NCBI RefSeq assembly: GCF_018977255.1
Contig: NW_024704742.1
Coordinates: 62,684,001 to 62,748,000, forward strand
DNA: 64,000 nucleotides
Source: Callorhinchus milii
Taxonomy: Eukaryota
Direction: 5' to 3'
Below the pieces are notes generated by a model. It made no database searches. It was not told the DNA's origin and saw nothing but the letters and a program-made list of their open reading frames with translations. How positions within the stretch are numbered: the first letter of the stretch is position 1; each line of letters begins with the position of its first letter. Shown in pieces: positions 61,521-64,000 of the stretch. The position numbers and the translations under genes are program-made.

Positions 61521-63749
61521 TTATTATAATACTGTGTGGCTCAGGGGAATGGCCAAAGCTTTAACAAAACCTCACTTTTTTTTCCAACAGCTGCATCCAT
61601 TAAGTGCAAGCGGGTATATTATGGAGAATTGTTTTTTCAGTAAATATGGCTGTAATGATGTTTCATTGCATTATCTACTGAATACGTATGGAAGAGAGAT
61701 GATCAGCAGCCTCCTGCTTTAATCAGATCTCAGCCCCACAGTACCCTTATTCCCCATTCCAGCTGAGAGGCTGGAATTTTCATCATAACCGTTGGCTACA
61801 GCAGAAATGGGAGTCAATCCAATCACTTGACATCGATATAGATGTACTAAACTCATTGTGTCTGAAATGCTAGGATTTAAATGAAGTATTTGCATTTTTA
61901 TAGTGCGTTATCACTTCACAACTTCTCAACCTTATTGCTCCTAACAACATTTTTTGGTCACCTAATAATTATCACCAATAATAATATCACATGTCGCACT
62001 TCCCACTCCCCTTCCCGTATGGTCTTAAGGTTTAGGCATAATTATTTTCTGGCTTTTAAAGGGAAATCCTTGATAACAGCTTAAATTGATACACATCTCA
62101 GAAATGTTAAAATAGTAATTGTACGTACAGGGCAGCTATTTCAATGTGTTTCTTTATAATGAATATTAAGTTGCAGTTCAGATGCCCTTCTCTGCACACT
62201 GGCCCATTAATTTTCCTAAAGCTGGCCAGCATTTTCACTAAAATAGCAGACTGTCAAGTCATTAGGTTGTTGCCGATCTCATTTCCTTATTTGCAGCACA
62301 TGTGCAATGCCCAAAGTGACATCAGGCCATTTTAGTTTGGTGCTGTAAACAATTGGCTGACATCTGGTTCATTTGGTCACCACCAACATCACTTCCCGCT
62401 TTTTAAATTAAGTGATGGTGGTGAACAGTCGACTTGGATGTCAACCTTCTTACAAACTTAGGACCATTGTTTTGAAACTTAAAGAGTGTGCAAAATTTTG
62501 GAAAACTAAAACTCTTCAATTCAGTTTTAATTTAAACTATTACTATTATTGTAATTATTCTTAAAAACAAAAATAACGACAATTGGACAAGAGAGTCATG
62601 GGACTGAAACTTAGTCAGAGGATTCCAGTGATCAAGAACACTGCTCAAGGTTTTGTTTTTGCTATTACAATCTCATCAGAACCCATCAATTGCATAATAT
62701 AGTCTGATGAAACACTTGGAGTCAACTGTTAGGCTGTATGTATTGAAAGCAATGTATTCCCAACTACAAAAACACACTGTTAAGTGACAAAGCCAACAAG
62801 CCAAATTTAATCAACTTTAAAATCTACCTCTTTGACCATGATTGTGGCCAGCTCCACTGCACCCCCCTACCCACCCCCCACCCAACATACACACACACTT
62901 TGGAATGGCATTCTAATGGTGTATTGAAATCTCCACCTTATGGATATAAGCAGCACCACAAACTCAGCTGCGCACTGTTTTCTTGGATTCCACTTTATCT
63001 GAAAATGACACATCTCAGCTTAAGTGGTGGACACTGGTTTAAACTCAACCTGAAATGAGAAGCTCTGGAAATGTTTTTTATTAAATCAACATACAAAAAG
63101 GTTTGATGTATCACGTTCTCCATTATGATATCTATCACACATAAAGTCCCATCTGTGATAGAGTTCCCTAATTATTCTGCCCAGAGGCTTTCTGAAGCTA
63201 TGCATAGCACTTTGAAGATATCAGTGGATATCTGCTTCAGTGTATACCAAGTTGAGAGAAAAACATTTTCAAATTACAAAATGTTGTTTGGCTTCATGTA
63301 TTTTTTCTAATTTGCAGTCAATGCTTATTGTTATAACCTTAGACAAGACTATTTTTCTTTTGCAACATGATATGAATGAACTGATCTTTGCAATACTAAA
63401 GGCTGAGGAAGTTTTTCGGGAAGTCTGGTTGAAATGGTTACCATGGTGTCCAGAGACTAAAGCTCATCTGTTCCTGTAACCAGGCTTTTCATCATAATCG
63501 AATGCAAGCTTCTTCCATCCTAACAACATCCCATGCTCCACTTGAAGGTGTTTAGCAGTTCACAACGTTATATGAATGAAGAAATAGCCTAATACGTTTG
63601 TTGGCTTCACACGTTGAAGAGAGAGTTACTCTGTGTTCTTTTCCCTTCGCTGAAGTGGAGGTACAGCCACAAAGGGCCTGGTAATCCCCCACCCAACAAA
63701 ATACAAGAAACTTTGTCTGATCACGCTGATGACCAACATTTTATGATAC

Positions 63750-64000
63750 GTAATCCTTGCATTTGACATTGAGGCATCTCAAAGTGCTTCAGAAGTAATT
63801 ATTATTAAGTGTAATGGTCAATTGAAGGCAAATGTGACTGTCAGTTTACTCATGGATAAAATCCCACTAATAGCCATCAGGTGAATGTACAATTAATCTT
63901 GAGGATAACTCTGTTTTTCTTTTGAATAGTGATTTGAGATCTTTAACGTCTTTAACGATTGAATGTCTCACCCATAGGACAAAACAGTTCTCCCTCAGTA
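63750..64000 (-). mobile_element. Degenerate Deu-domain SINE running off the window end
   Basis: TAATCCTTGCATTTGA, TTTGAATAGTG, GATCTTTAACGT, CTCCCTCAGTA. Confidence 0.6.

Noticed and set aside
63380..63590. Possible host exon
   Set aside because: The minus-strand frames I read hit stops quickly, and the short plus-strand ORF has no recognisable motif.
1..64000. CRISPR array, operon or prokaryotic defence system
   Set aside because: No regularly spaced repeat-spacer array or dense coding; the repeats are dispersed vertebrate retroposons.

Overview
Repeat-rich eukaryotic DNA, not prokaryotic. The repeat content (tRNA-headed Deu-domain SINEs with L2-type tails, L2 and CR1 LINEs, LF-SINE-like relics) points to a cartilaginous fish, plausibly a chimaera; that assignment is inference. 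I found no host protein-coding exon, so this is probably a large intron or intergenic region. Every recognisable ORF is a broken retrotransposon ORF2: CR1 RT (25777-26856), L2 RT (48183-49646, 56092-56748, ~9960-10800), an RTE C-terminus (~22430-23040) and an R4/Dong-type endonuclease tail (57644-57910, minus). Most interesting: (1) an unclassified, hairpin-rich ~610-bp non-coding retroposon seen 7 times, one copy with a 12-bp TSD and A-rich tail; (2) short Penelope-type elements carrying minimal hammerhead-ribozyme motifs, with different lesions in two copies; (3) a 34-bp-stem hairpin with pre-miRNA geometry inside an old SINE; (4) two forms of a mosaic tRNA SINE sharing its tail with a young L2, with 5-6 bp TSDs that overlap the tail repeat. 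Boundaries of old repeats are approximate, and family names come from recalled motifs, not database searches.
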